Source: a virus. Taken from it: DNA of 54,138 nt. Shown here in pieces: positions 1 through 8,807 of this stretch. Numbering within the stretch: position 1 is the stretch's first letter; every line of letters begins with the position of its first letter. The notes under the pieces were generated by a model, which searched no databases, had not been told where the DNA came from, and worked only from the letters and a program-made list of their open reading frames with translations. The position numbers and the translations under genes are program-made. The stretch is taken from the IMG/VR virus record IMGVR_UViG_3300031566_000048; one strand, written 5' to 3'.

Positions 1-127
1 TATGACGGTTCAAACAGATTTACCGCATTACGAACAGAATATGAAGCAACTGAAAACTGGAGTAGTGGAAATAATGGTGCTAGAATGTCTTTCTTTACTA
101 CACAAAATGGAACTAGCATATTAAAAA
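1..127. repeat. Terminal overlap of a circular contig, identical to 54012..54138
   Basis: Direct reading: 'tatgacggttcaaacagattt...ctagcatattaaaaa' occurs at both ends of the window. Confidence 0.95.
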
Positions 128-279
128 ATAATCTAACAATAGAAAATGATGGCGGTGTTTTTATGCATACTCTAAAATCAGGAGCAACGGCAGCAGGAGC
201 TGGAGCTTCAAGTAAAGAGTTATGGATAACTAGTGGACACGCTACATTACCTGACGGAGTTTTAAATATAGCACCTTAA
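1..279 (+). CDS. C-terminal end of the spike/fibre ORF that starts at 51441 and wraps through the circular junction
   Basis: Frame of 1..279 is continuous with 51441..54138 once the 127-bp overlap is removed. Stop TAA at 277-279. The track ORF 85..279 is its internal Met. Confidence 0.85.
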   Translation, partial: YDGSNRFTALRTEYEATENWSSGNNGARMSFFTTQNGTSILKNNLTIENDGGVFMHTLKSGATAAGAGASSKELWITSGHATLPDGVLNIAP

Positions 280-291
280 AGGAGAGTAAAT

Positions 292-597
292 ATGGCATTA
301 CAATTAGATTATGTTTTAAACATTTCAAGCGAACCAAAAACGGTTTATGCAAAAATAGAGCAGGCAAATACTATCGCTAAAAAAGAAATAATAGACGAAG
401 ATATTGGTGAGTATGTAGAGACTTTAAAAACATATATGAGAGTTAGTTTTTATAATTCTCAAGCAGATAGAATAGCAGAAAAGAACCCTATAGAAAGGAA
501 GTCATTTATATTTGAAAATCAAGCAATATCAAGTTTAGCGAGTTCATACACCTTACTAAAAACTCACGCTGATTTTACAAACGCAATAGATGTATAA
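292..597 (+). CDS. Hypothetical protein, possibly a fibre assembly factor by position
   Basis: RBS 'aaaggagag' 8 nt upstream of the ATG. Follows the fibre gene directly. Confidence 0.55.
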   Translation: MALQLDYVLNISSEPKTVYAKIEQANTIAKKEIIDEDIGEYVETLKTYMRVSFYNSQADRIAEKNPIERKSFIFENQAISSLASSYTLLKTHADFTNAIDV

Positions 598-612
598 AAG
601 GAGACAAACAAA

Positions 613-834
613 ATGATTAACAAAGAAAAAAAACAGGAAGTTAATAAACAAAACGAACAAGTAGTAGATGCTTATATAATACCAAAAGAAATATATATAA
701 AGGTTTTAAGAATAGTAGGCAAAGCACCTTCTGAAATTTCAGATGGTATTTATACTTTTCTAAAAAATCAAAATACTACAAAAATAACTTTATTAAAAGA
801 TAAAAATATTAAGGATAAAGAAAATAAAAAATGA
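613..834 (+). CDS. Hypothetical Lys-rich small protein
   Basis: RBS 'aaaggaga' upstream. ATGA start/stop overlap with the next gene. Confidence 0.5.
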   Translation: MINKEKKQEVNKQNEQVVDAYIIPKEIYIKVLRIVGKAPSEISDGIYTFLKNQNTTKITLLKDKNIKDKENKK

Positions 835-1280
835 GCGTTGATTTAAAATTAACAAAAGATAGTGAAGGAACTTACGATATTGGATTTCAAGCTAATGGTG
901 ATTTTGAATTAGAAGAGGGATTTGATACTGCTATTTTAATGTCTCTATTTCAAAATAAACGGCTTGACGAAAGCGAACAACCTATTCCCCAATATCGTGG
1001 GGGTTGGTGGGGTAATTTATTAAATAATGATGAAAATTATCAAATAGGTTCAAAACTGTGGGCTTTAGATGGGCGTAGAACTACAAACACTTTAAATCAA
1101 GCTATAGATTTTGCAAGAGATTGTTTACAGTGGTTTATTGATAACGGACTTTTGCAAGACATAAATGTAACAGGAGAATTTAAAACAAACGGAATTACTT
1201 TAGAAATAACTTTGATTAGATTTAACAATAAAAGCGAAACATTATTTTTTGATTTATGGGAAAATACAGATTTGATATAG
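831..1280 (+). CDS. Baseplate protein, phage Mu gp46 family
   Basis: 'DLKLTKD..GTYDIGFQANGDFELEEGFDTAILMSLF...RGGWWGN...IGSKLWAL..RRTTNTLNQA..FARDCLQWFIDNGL' matches the GP46 family pattern. Sits upstream of the baseplate J gene. Confidence 0.75.
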   Translation: MSVDLKLTKDSEGTYDIGFQANGDFELEEGFDTAILMSLFQNKRLDESEQPIPQYRGGWWGNLLNNDENYQIGSKLWALDGRRTTNTLNQAIDFARDCLQWFIDNGLLQDINVTGEFKTNGITLEITLIRFNNKSETLFFDLWENTDLI

Positions 1281-1291
1281 GGAGATAATTA

Positions 1292-2605
1292 ATGGCGATA
1301 CAAGTACCTGAAAACAGAAAAGAAGTATCTGATAGAATTAAAACTGATGTGCAAAATAATTTACCACAATCTAATCCATTTTTAAAAAATAGTTGGATTG
1401 CTGCTTTAATACAGGGTTTTGCAGGTAGAATTTACGATATTTATTATCAAATTAAAAAACTTTTATTTCCAAATTTATTTATAAATACAGCGACTTTAAC
1501 AGAAACTATAGAACGCTGGGCTGACATTTACGGCATTGTTAGAAACTCGGCAACGCAGGCAGAGGGTAATATTACAGCCACAGGTATAGCTAGTACTGTA
1601 ATACCTGATAATACCGAATTTCAAAGCACTGACGGCATTGTTTTAAAAACTCAAGGTAGTGTTACGATAACAGCACAAAGTATTTCTATTAGTAGTTTAA
1701 CACGAGTAGGAACTACTGTAACCGCCACTAGTGCAAGTAACCACCCTTTGGCAACAGGCGTATCGGTAACAATATCGGGTGCGGTTGAAACAGATTATAA
1801 TGGAACTTTTGAAATAGTAGTAAATGGATTAAATACTTTTACTTATGAAATTACAGCAACACCAACAAGTCCAGCAACAGGAACTATTTTAGCAGGATTT
1901 ACTATTGCTGATTTATCTGTAAAAACAGATGACTTCGGGCAGTCTGCAAACTTATTAAATGGCGATACTGTTACAGTAACTACCCCAATTGTAGGAATGA
2001 CTAGTGAGGCAGTAGTGCAATATGGCGAAGTAGGAGGTGGAACTGATATTGAAACAGATGCTAGTTTACAGGATAGAGTTTTATTTAAAATACAAAATCC
2101 AACAAGTCATTTTAACTCTGCAAGTATAACATTAAAAGCAAAAGAAGTTAGCGGTGTTACAAATGTTTGGATATTTGAAGCTACCCCAAGTGCGGGTAAA
2201 GTTGAGATTTATTTTGCTAGATATAATGATGTAGACCCAATACCAAGTGGAGCGGAAGTTACCGAAGTAAAGAATAAAATTTTAGAAATTAAACCAGCTC
2301 ATACTCCAGATAGTTATGTGATAGTACAAGCACCTACAGCGGTAACTGTTGATTTTACTTTTACAGCTTTAAGCCCAAATACTACAAGTATGCAAAATTC
2401 TATTAATACAAGTTTACAACAATTTTTTAGAGAAGAAGTTAATGTGGGTGAAAATATTACACAGGATAAATATCGCTCTGCGATACAAAATACGATAGAT
2501 AATGAAACAGGAGAAAAGGTTACAAGTTTTACATTATCTACCCCTACAACAGATATAAGTATTACAGGCGGGCAATTAGGTATTTTAGGGACTGTAACTT
2601 TTTAA
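1292..2605 (+). CDS. Baseplate J-like protein (Mu gp47 position) carrying an inserted YNGT/PTSPATG module
   Basis: Size and position between the gp46- and gp48-like genes. 'LQDRVLFKIQNP...KAKEVSGVTNVWIF...GKVEIYF' is typical of Baseplate_J. Inserted module lies at nt 1700-1896. Confidence 0.7.
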   Translation: MAIQVPENRKEVSDRIKTDVQNNLPQSNPFLKNSWIAALIQGFAGRIYDIYYQIKKLLFPNLFINTATLTETIERWADIYGIVRNSATQAEGNITATGIASTVIPDNTEFQSTDGIVLKTQGSVTITAQSISISSLTRVGTTVTATSASNHPLATGVSVTISGAVETDYNGTFEIVVNGLNTFTYEITATPTSPATGTILAGFTIADLSVKTDDFGQSANLLNGDTVTVTTPIVGMTSEAVVQYGEVGGGTDIETDASLQDRVLFKIQNPTSHFNSASITLKAKEVSGVTNVWIFEATPSAGKVEIYFARYNDVDPIPSGAEVTEVKNKILEIKPAHTPDSYVIVQAPTAVTVDFTFTALSPNTTSMQNSINTSLQQFFREEVNVGENITQDKYRSAIQNTIDNETGEKVTSFTLSTPTTDISITGGQLGILGTVTF

Positions 2606-2618
2606 AGGGATAAATTAA

Positions 2619-3224
2619 ATGGCATTTTTTAAAGTAAGAAATAGCGACCAACAAACAAATGTAAAAGCACAGTATATGCCAAATGGCTTAATATGGCAGG
2701 CAAAGCAAAAAGCAGGTAGTAATTTTAGAAATTTACTTGCTGGTTTATGTGTTGAAATTGTAAGAATGGAAAACTTGCAAAATGAAATATACAAAGAAAT
2801 GAACCCAACTGAAACAGTTGCTTTATTAAGCGAATGGGAGGCATTAGTAGGAATACCTGATGATTGTTTTCCTTTAGCTGATACCATAGATGAGAGGCGA
2901 AGTAATTTAATTTTTAAATTAACAGCTTCTATGAATGGTACTAAAGAAGACTTTGAAAATTTAGCAAGTGTATTAGGTTTAACTGTAAAGGTTAAAACTG
3001 GAGTAGAAGAGATTACATTTCCCTTAACCTTTCCTATACCTATGATAGGCACTTTAGAAGAGGCTGGATTTGTAATGATAGTAGATTTTATAGGAGTGCC
3101 ATTACCTAATAGTTTTCCATTAACATTTCCTATAACTTTTACAGCTGACCCGACAACTGCGGTTAGATGTTTATTTGATAGGTTAAAACCTGCAAATGTT
3201 TCAATAATTTATAGATATAAATAA
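2619..3224 (+). CDS. Tail/baseplate protein, Mu gp48 / DUF2313 (P2 gpI-like) family
   Basis: 'YMPNGLIWQAK...NFRNLLAGLCVEIVRMENL...LLSEWEALVGIPDDCFP...ERRSNLIFKLTA' pattern. Mu gene order. Confidence 0.7.
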   Translation: MAFFKVRNSDQQTNVKAQYMPNGLIWQAKQKAGSNFRNLLAGLCVEIVRMENLQNEIYKEMNPTETVALLSEWEALVGIPDDCFPLADTIDERRSNLIFKLTASMNGTKEDFENLASVLGLTVKVKTGVEEITFPLTFPIPMIGTLEEAGFVMIVDFIGVPLPNSFPLTFPITFTADPTTAVRCLFDRLKPANVSIIYRYK

Positions 3225-3241
3225 ATAAGGAGAATAATAAT

Positions 3242-4435
3242 ATGGATAATGTACCAGTAAAAAGCACAGGAAATCAATTATCTGCTGTTGAGTGGAACTC
3301 TAATCAAACGGAAAATGAAAATATAGTAACTTCAACAGGAGATAGTTTAGGTGGAGATAATTTTCAACTCTCAAGAGCTACTGCAACTTATGCGAGTGGA
3401 GCAGATTATTATACAGAGAGTGGAATAGCAGATGCTTATATTGCTTCACCAGTTGGAAGTAAACTTGCACCTCATACTTATTTTACAGGGATGCGAGTAA
3501 GATTTAGAACTGCCAACGCAAATACGGGAGCAAGTACTATTAATGTAAATTCTTTAGGTGTTAAAAATATCAAAAAAGCAGACGGCTCAAATGACCCCGA
3601 TGCAGATGATATAAATGTAAGAGGTGATACTGTTTTAGTTTATGACGGAGCTAACTTTAGATTGCCATTAAAAGAATTAAATTTACCTACTTTGCATTTA
3701 AGTATTTTTACTGAAAATGATAGTGGTGATTTGCAAAAAGATATTTTATTTAAAGCAGGAAAAGCAAGAGATATATTAGATACTTTTGATATTGTTTTAT
3801 CTGCAAATATGGTTAAACAACTTGATAGCGTATGGGTTGCGGGCACAGGCAACGGAGGCAGAGCAAGCGGAGTTGCATTATCTGCTGATACTACTTATCA
3901 TATGTTTGTAATTTCAAAACCTGATGGCACTACCGATTGCGGATTTGATACTGCTGTAAATGCAACAAATCTTTTAGCCGATGCAACTGGATATACTAAA
4001 TATCGCAGGGTTGGGAGCGGAAAAACTGATGGCAGTTCTAATTGGATTGGATATACACAACTTGGGAATTGGTTTACTTACAAAGTTAGACATATAGATT
4101 TGTCAACAACTACCCCTTCAACAGCTAGGACAGCCCTTCCATTAACTTTGCCTACTGGTTTAAAATTAATGGTTAATGTAAATTTAGGTATAGATGATAG
4201 TGGAAGTTTAACTATTATGGTTTCAAGCGACGGTTATGAAGATTTTGCAGTTTTAGAAATTGGAACATTAGCAGCAACTGCAACTAGAAATATTAAAGCT
4301 TTAGCCACTGGAGACCATAACGAATTGCAATTATTAACTGATACTAGCGGTCAAATTTATTATAGAGCAAGTCAAGCCACTGCAGATGCCTTTGTCATAA
4401 TAACATTGGGATTTTATGACCCATTTATAGCATAG
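3242..4435 (+). CDS. Tail fibre / receptor-binding protein (Mu gp49 position)
   Basis: Position after the gp48-like gene. N-terminus 'STGNQLSAVEWNSNQTENENI' is fibre-like. Gly/Thr/Ala-rich. Confidence 0.55.
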   Translation: MDNVPVKSTGNQLSAVEWNSNQTENENIVTSTGDSLGGDNFQLSRATATYASGADYYTESGIADAYIASPVGSKLAPHTYFTGMRVRFRTANANTGASTINVNSLGVKNIKKADGSNDPDADDINVRGDTVLVYDGANFRLPLKELNLPTLHLSIFTENDSGDLQKDILFKAGKARDILDTFDIVLSANMVKQLDSVWVAGTGNGGRASGVALSADTTYHMFVISKPDGTTDCGFDTAVNATNLLADATGYTKYRRVGSGKTDGSSNWIGYTQLGNWFTYKVRHIDLSTTTPSTARTALPLTLPTGLKLMVNVNLGIDDSGSLTIMVSSDGYEDFAVLEIGTLAATATRNIKALATGDHNELQLLTDTSGQIYYRASQATADAFVIITLGFYDPFIA

Positions 4436-4454
4436 TAAAAGGAGACAAAAAATA

Positions 4455-4730
4455 ATGTATATAACTAGAAATAAAACTACAAAAAAAATGACTGGATTTG
4501 CAAAACGCATTCCAAAAATATTTGATGACAAAAAAGGTAAATATGTGCCTGATAAAAACTATGAAAAGATAGACCAAAAATCAAAAGAGTTACAAGATTT
4601 TTTAAATGGTACTGGCGATTATGAAAAACCTAAAAAACCAAATTATGATATAGAAAAACAGTTTGAAATACTAGAAAATGAAATACCTGCTTTAAAAAAA
4701 TATCGTAAATCGGTAAGGGAGGATAATTAA
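4455..4730 (+). CDS. Hypothetical Lys-rich protein
   Basis: ORF with 'aaaaggagac' RBS. Tightly packed with neighbours. Confidence 0.45.
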   Translation: MYITRNKTTKKMTGFAKRIPKIFDDKKGKYVPDKNYEKIDQKSKELQDFLNGTGDYEKPKKPNYDIEKQFEILENEIPALKKYRKSVREDN

Positions 4731-4732
4731 TT

Positions 4733-5092
4733 ATGGCAACAAGAGATGATAGTAGTTACACACAAGATAGAATTTTTAAATATACTGGAGTTAAAATATT
4801 AAGCGGGCAGACTGAAAGTGAAGCAATAGATTGTCTGGGTGGTGTTTTAGTAGGAATTAAAACTCCGTCTGCTTTAACAGGCACTTCATTTACTGTAAAA
4901 GTATCTGATGACGGGGTTTCTTATGTAGATTATTATAATGCTTTGGGTGCAAAAGTAACTATAACAGCAGGTGTAGATAGGCGTATAGGCATAGAGCCTG
5001 TTGATTTTGCAGGTATACAAAAAATAAAACTTGTTTCAAGTAGTGCAGAAGCAGCAGAAAGAGAACTTACTTTGTTTTTGAGAGGTATGTAA
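4733..5092 (+). CDS. Hypothetical protein in the virion module
   Basis: RBS 'agggaggataat'. Same strand and tightly packed. Confidence 0.5.
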   Translation: MATRDDSSYTQDRIFKYTGVKILSGQTESEAIDCLGGVLVGIKTPSALTGTSFTVKVSDDGVSYVDYYNALGAKVTITAGVDRRIGIEPVDFAGIQKIKLVSSSAEAAERELTLFLRGM

Positions 5093-5093
5093 T

Positions 5094-5459
5094 ATGCCAT
5101 TATTAAATTGTTTATTATGCGGTGGTGGGGATAGACCATTTTCACAGCAAAGTATATCAGGTGCTACCGATACTATTGACCCAACACTTGTAAATATAGA
5201 GTTAGTAGTTTCAAGCCCTACCACAATGACATCTACCCCTACTATTGCAAATGGAATTTATGATAATCAGCAGGTAATTATAAGGGGTAGTAATAACACT
5301 AATACTATTACATTGCAAAGTGTAACTAATTTAGGCGGTAGTAATTTATTTATGGACGGTGGAGTAGATATTGTTTTAGGCGAAAATGATTATATAGTTT
5401 TTCGTTGGAATAATACTACATCTAATTGGTGCGAGCAATCAAGGAGCGTAAATTCTTAA
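5094..5459 (+). CDS. Hypothetical protein in the virion module
   Basis: Starts 1 nt after the previous stop. Ser/Thr/Asn-rich. Confidence 0.5.
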   Translation: MPLLNCLLCGGGDRPFSQQSISGATDTIDPTLVNIELVVSSPTTMTSTPTIANGIYDNQQVIIRGSNNTNTITLQSVTNLGGSNLFMDGGVDIVLGENDYIVFRWNNTTSNWCEQSRSVNS

Positions 5460-5478
5460 TTTTAGGAGATAAAAATAA

Positions 5479-6630
5479 ATGTCTCAATATGATAAAACAA
5501 TGAGTAAATTTAACTCTACTGATACATCGGTAGGGTCTAGTATCGGCACAAAAGATATTAAATCAACAGCAGGATTTAATAATAATGGGTTCGTGCAAGA
5601 CGATTTAGAAGTATGGATTAAAGATGCTTCTGCTGTTAGCGGTTCAAAACTTACAAGAATAAATGATTTAAACTCTGTGTATGAAACTTTAGGAGATGCT
5701 GGAGACCAAATATTATTCGGTTCACCAGTACAATGTTGGGGAATATATAGTTCATTATTAACAGCTAAAAGTAACGAGCAATATATAGGTAAATATTATA
5801 GCTCAAGTTTAGCTGATTTAAAAGAAACTACATATATGAGTGTTGTGGATGAGTTTTTAAATCAAAATAAAACTAATGTATTTGAGGCTTTAGTTTCAAA
5901 TAACATTACAATGAATAAAAAAATAAGACTTGACTGGATGTCAAATACACCAAGTGGAATTTTAGATAAAATACCAGCAACTAATGATGGCGTTAATAGA
6001 TATTGGTGGGCGTTAGAAGTCCCTGTCGGTGGACTTACAACTACTCCAAGACTTATTGATACTGCGTATAGAGGTAGTGGATTATCTAAAATAGAATATA
6101 ATCAACAGGATGTTTATTGGGGTAATGCTAGATTACAAGACCAAAAAAATATTAATACTGATAATATTAGAACTCCCTCAGGTACGCCTGTTGTAAGCAT
6201 TGATATAACATCTACGCAAGTACAATTAGTTTACAATATGAGAAGTGCTTTAAATGATAATGTTGTATTTAGGTGGCAATTACCTGTAGGTATAGATACA
6301 TCAACTCCTATAGATATTGACTTTAGTTACATAGCTAATGCTGCTATAAATACTGCCGATATAAATATTGATATTAAAAAATTAACACAAGGTAGTATCG
6401 TAGGAGCAGGTGAAACATCTGATTTAAATCAAACGGAAAACATAAATATAACTGCAGGAAACACAATAAATTTATGTCATAATTTAGCAACTGATTTTGA
6501 TATATCGGATATGAAACCATTTGATATTTTATCAATTGAAGTAATAAGAACCGATAGTAATGGTGGTAGTTTTTATCCGTTACATTCTTGTATCAAACAT
6601 ACTCTATTTAAAATGGGGAAGTTTAGCTAA
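5479..6630 (+). CDS. Hypothetical large virion-module protein
   Basis: RBS 'taggagat'. 383 aa with no recognisable motif. Confidence 0.55.
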   Translation: MSQYDKTMSKFNSTDTSVGSSIGTKDIKSTAGFNNNGFVQDDLEVWIKDASAVSGSKLTRINDLNSVYETLGDAGDQILFGSPVQCWGIYSSLLTAKSNEQYIGKYYSSSLADLKETTYMSVVDEFLNQNKTNVFEALVSNNITMNKKIRLDWMSNTPSGILDKIPATNDGVNRYWWALEVPVGGLTTTPRLIDTAYRGSGLSKIEYNQQDVYWGNARLQDQKNINTDNIRTPSGTPVVSIDITSTQVQLVYNMRSALNDNVVFRWQLPVGIDTSTPIDIDFSYIANAAINTADINIDIKKLTQGSIVGAGETSDLNQTENINITAGNTINLCHNLATDFDISDMKPFDILSIEVIRTDSNGGSFYPLHSCIKHTLFKMGKFS

Positions 6631-6935
6631 TGTTACAAAGATTATTAACTTCAAGTTATAGTAATAGTGCTATAACAATTACATTGGCAGACGATGAGAG
6701 TGTTACTTTACCCCCTAGTAAAATAGGCAGAGGGTGGTTAATGGTAGGTGATGACGAGGAGTATTCAGATTTTAGATTTTCACAGAATGCAACAGTAACA
6801 TTATTTTCAAGTTCTGCTAATGTAATAAATTCAGATACAGATACTAACTTTTGTATTTTCGGTAGTGCTAATTCTGTGGTGTTAAAAAATAGACTTGGAG
6901 CTACTAAAGTTATAAAATATTTCTATTGGGTGTGA
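6630..6935 (+). CDS. Hypothetical protein
   Basis: ATG overlaps the upstream stop (TAATG). Confidence 0.5.
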   Translation: MLQRLLTSSYSNSAITITLADDESVTLPPSKIGRGWLMVGDDEEYSDFRFSQNATVTLFSSSANVINSDTDTNFCIFGSANSVVLKNRLGATKVIKYFYWV

Positions 6936-6945
6936 GGATAAAAAA

Positions 6946-7365
6946 ATGACTTTTGAAAATGTTATTGGAGTTTTAAGAAAACCGATAAAGTTTTCTAGTA
7001 TAACAAATTGGCTATTTAATAGAAAAGTAGGATTTAGAGAAGACGGCACTATAAGAAGTTGCGGTAGGGAATGTTATATTAACGGACAATGGAATAAAAT
7101 TTGTACTAAATATTTAACAGGAATGACAGGCACAAGTACTACTACTTTAGTACCTCACGGCATAAATAAAACAGATATATTGAGTGTAGAATGTGCTATA
7201 GATGACGGCATTAAATTTTGTAAATCAGAGTATAATTTAGTTCCTTCTACTTCAAATGGATTTAATTATGGTTGGGATAATACCCATATAATCATAGATA
7301 ATATAGGGAATATTTTTAAAGGAAAGGATTATAAAATAAAAATAGAGTATAAGAATGGCAGTTAG
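6946..7365 (+). CDS. Hypothetical protein
   Basis: RBS 'gaggataaaaaa' upstream. Confidence 0.5.
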   Translation: MTFENVIGVLRKPIKFSSITNWLFNRKVGFREDGTIRSCGRECYINGQWNKICTKYLTGMTGTSTTTLVPHGINKTDILSVECAIDDGIKFCKSEYNLVPSTSNGFNYGWDNTHIIIDNIGNIFKGKDYKIKIEYKNGS

Positions 7366-7452
7366 TTTTTTAGCAGTAGAAGTAAAAATTAAAATACTCT
7401 TGCTTTTTGCTGATTGAGTTATGAGCTGAAAGTAAGGGAAGGAGATAAGAAA

Positions 7453-7593
7453 ATGGCAGATGAAATAAAAGGATTAAAAGAGCATATAGAATGGCAAACA
7501 AAAGCTATAAAAGCTATTGCTGAAGCTCTTAAATTAAAGGGGTTTGATGTAAAGATTTCTGAACCACCTGAACCCCCTCCACCGCCAAACTAA
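7453..7593 (+). CDS. Small protein (46 aa) with a C-terminal poly-proline tail 'EPPEPPPPPN'
   Basis: Strong RBS 'aaggagataagaaaATG'. Below the size cutoff of the ORF track. Confidence 0.45.
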   Translation: MADEIKGLKEHIEWQTKAIKAIAEALKLKGFDVKISEPPEPPPPPN

Positions 7594-7597
7594 AATT

Positions 7598-8023
7598 ATG
7601 ATATTAATATTGCATATTACAGCGATTATATTAAAAAGTTTGCATACATTTTTTGATGGTGCAAGAATACAATGGTTTTTATTGGTAATAAATAGAAATA
7701 CCATTATACTTTTTTTAGCTTTAGCTTCTTATCTTTTGCTAAAAGCTTTATATAGTCGCTGTATGCAATTTAATAAACATATAGATGTAAAAGTCAAAAA
7801 CATACATTCTGATTTTTTATTTAATTTAAAAAGAATAGTTAATTTAAGTAGATTAGCTTTTGAATTTTGGCTTGTTTCTTTTATTTTCTCTAATACGGAT
7901 TTAATCCTTTCTTACTTTAAAATACAGATTTTTGCAATACTTTTGATTGCAGAACTTATACCTTATATTTATATTTTTATAAGGGCTAATAAAGAAATTA
8001 TAAAATGGTTAAGGGGATTATAA
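7598..8023 (+). CDS. Multi-pass membrane protein in the lysis-module neighbourhood
   Basis: Several long hydrophobic stretches, for example 'ILILHITAIILKSL', 'IILFLALASYLLL' and 'IFAILLIAELIPYIYIFI'. Confidence 0.5.
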   Translation: MILILHITAIILKSLHTFFDGARIQWFLLVINRNTIILFLALASYLLLKALYSRCMQFNKHIDVKVKNIHSDFLFNLKRIVNLSRLAFEFWLVSFIFSNTDLILSYFKIQIFAILLIAELIPYIYIFIRANKEIIKWLRGL

Positions 8024-8319
8024 AAATGTGTGCTGCTAAAGAATATGTAAAGAAAAACGGATTTAATATAAAAGCGATAATTAGTTTAATTGTAATAAGT
8101 AGTTTTGTTGTAAGTTGTTTTATGGCAATTGCTTTTTTTATATTTAACGCTCAAGGAGCTAATAAGAGAAGCAGAGAAAATAAAACTGAAATTTCCACCT
8201 TAAAACTAGATTTTAAAGAAGTTAAAGTAAAACAAGAAAATTTTGGAACTCAACAAACTAATATGTATGAAGATGTAAAAGAAATTCAAAAAGATATTAA
8301 GAGCCTTTTGAGAAGATAA
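8005..8319 (+). CDS. Single-pass membrane-anchored protein, spanin-like by position. Start may be 8026.
   Basis: One TM segment 'AIISLIVISSFVVSCFMAIAFFIF' followed by a charged coiled tail. Confidence 0.45.
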   Translation: MVKGIIKMCAAKEYVKKNGFNIKAIISLIVISSFVVSCFMAIAFFIFNAQGANKRSRENKTEISTLKLDFKEVKVKQENFGTQQTNMYEDVKEIQKDIKSLLRR

Positions 8320-8323
8320 AATT

Positions 8324-8336
8324 TAGTATAATAAAA
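8324..8336 (+). promoter_or_regulatory. 'TAGTATAATAAAA' -10 box placed 6 nt before the ATG at 8339 (leaderless-type promoter)
   Basis: TATAAT at 8327-8332. No Shine-Dalgarno sequence. The same 13-mer recurs at 8791-8803. Confidence 0.45.
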
Positions 8337-8338
8337 TT

Positions 8339-8776
8339 ATGAATTTATTTATAACTTCAAAAAGTCCTAAAAAATCTGCTAAATTTTTATCACAAGATAG
8401 ATTAAGATTAAATAAGCAAATATTAGAATGCAATCAAATTTTAGCTACAGCATTGCATTTAAACGGAGCAGATAAGCGTTTTATGCCATATAAGAAAAAT
8501 GGCGATAGATATAAACCTACTCACGAAAAACACCCTATTTGCAAATGGGTAGCAAGTAGTTTAGATAATTTTATGTGGGCTTTAGAATTTATGAACGAAC
8601 TTTGTAAATACAACCTAAAACACGCTTGCAAAGCTAATATTCCATTACTTTCTTTTACAGGAAATTGTTTTATTAAATCAAATGGCTTTAATGGATTTGA
8701 AAACTGCACTCCATATAAAGATTTACCAGTGTTTAATGCGTATAAAAAACACTTGGCGGATAAATGGAAAAAATGA
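8339..8776 (+). CDS. Hypothetical conserved protein
   Basis: 145-aa ORF containing 'YKPTHEKHPICKWV'. No confident family assignment from memory. Confidence 0.5.
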   Translation: MNLFITSKSPKKSAKFLSQDRLRLNKQILECNQILATALHLNGADKRFMPYKKNGDRYKPTHEKHPICKWVASSLDNFMWALEFMNELCKYNLKHACKANIPLLSFTGNCFIKSNGFNGFENCTPYKDLPVFNAYKKHLADKWKK

Positions 8777-8790
8777 AAAACTACAAAAAA

Positions 8791-8803
8791 TAGTATAATA
8801 AAA
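8791..8803 (+). promoter_or_regulatory. Second copy of the 'TAGTATAATAAAA' -10 box, 8 nt before the ATG at 8808
   Basis: TATAAT at 8794-8799. No Shine-Dalgarno sequence upstream of the endolysin gene. Confidence 0.45.
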
Positions 8804-8807
8804 CAGT

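Noticed and set aside
2615-3052. 145-aa minus-strand ORF. Similar antisense ORFs occur at 3640..3852, 12406..12945, 17594..17917, 22072..22516, 30787..31206, 34869..35186, 35955..36269, 39277..39762, 41433..41720, 48051..48389 and 48846..49202.
   Set aside because: All lie entirely inside well-supported + strand genes or, for 12406..12945, inside the IS passenger gene. They lack an RBS and translate to low-complexity hydrophobic or Ser/Leu/Phe-rich strings, as expected from the reverse complement of AT-rich coding DNA.
3242-4435. Diversity-generating retroelement targeting the fibre genes.
   Set aside because: No reverse transcriptase ORF is present, and no template/variable repeat pair was seen. 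The repeats in the fibre are protein-level modules, not adenine-specific mutated DNA copies.
8339-8776. Tentative assignment of this ORF to a DNA-glycosylase-like family.
   Set aside because: I only half-remember the 'THxxHP..W' pattern from a conserved bacterial and viral family and cannot name it reliably. The ORF is left as hypothetical.
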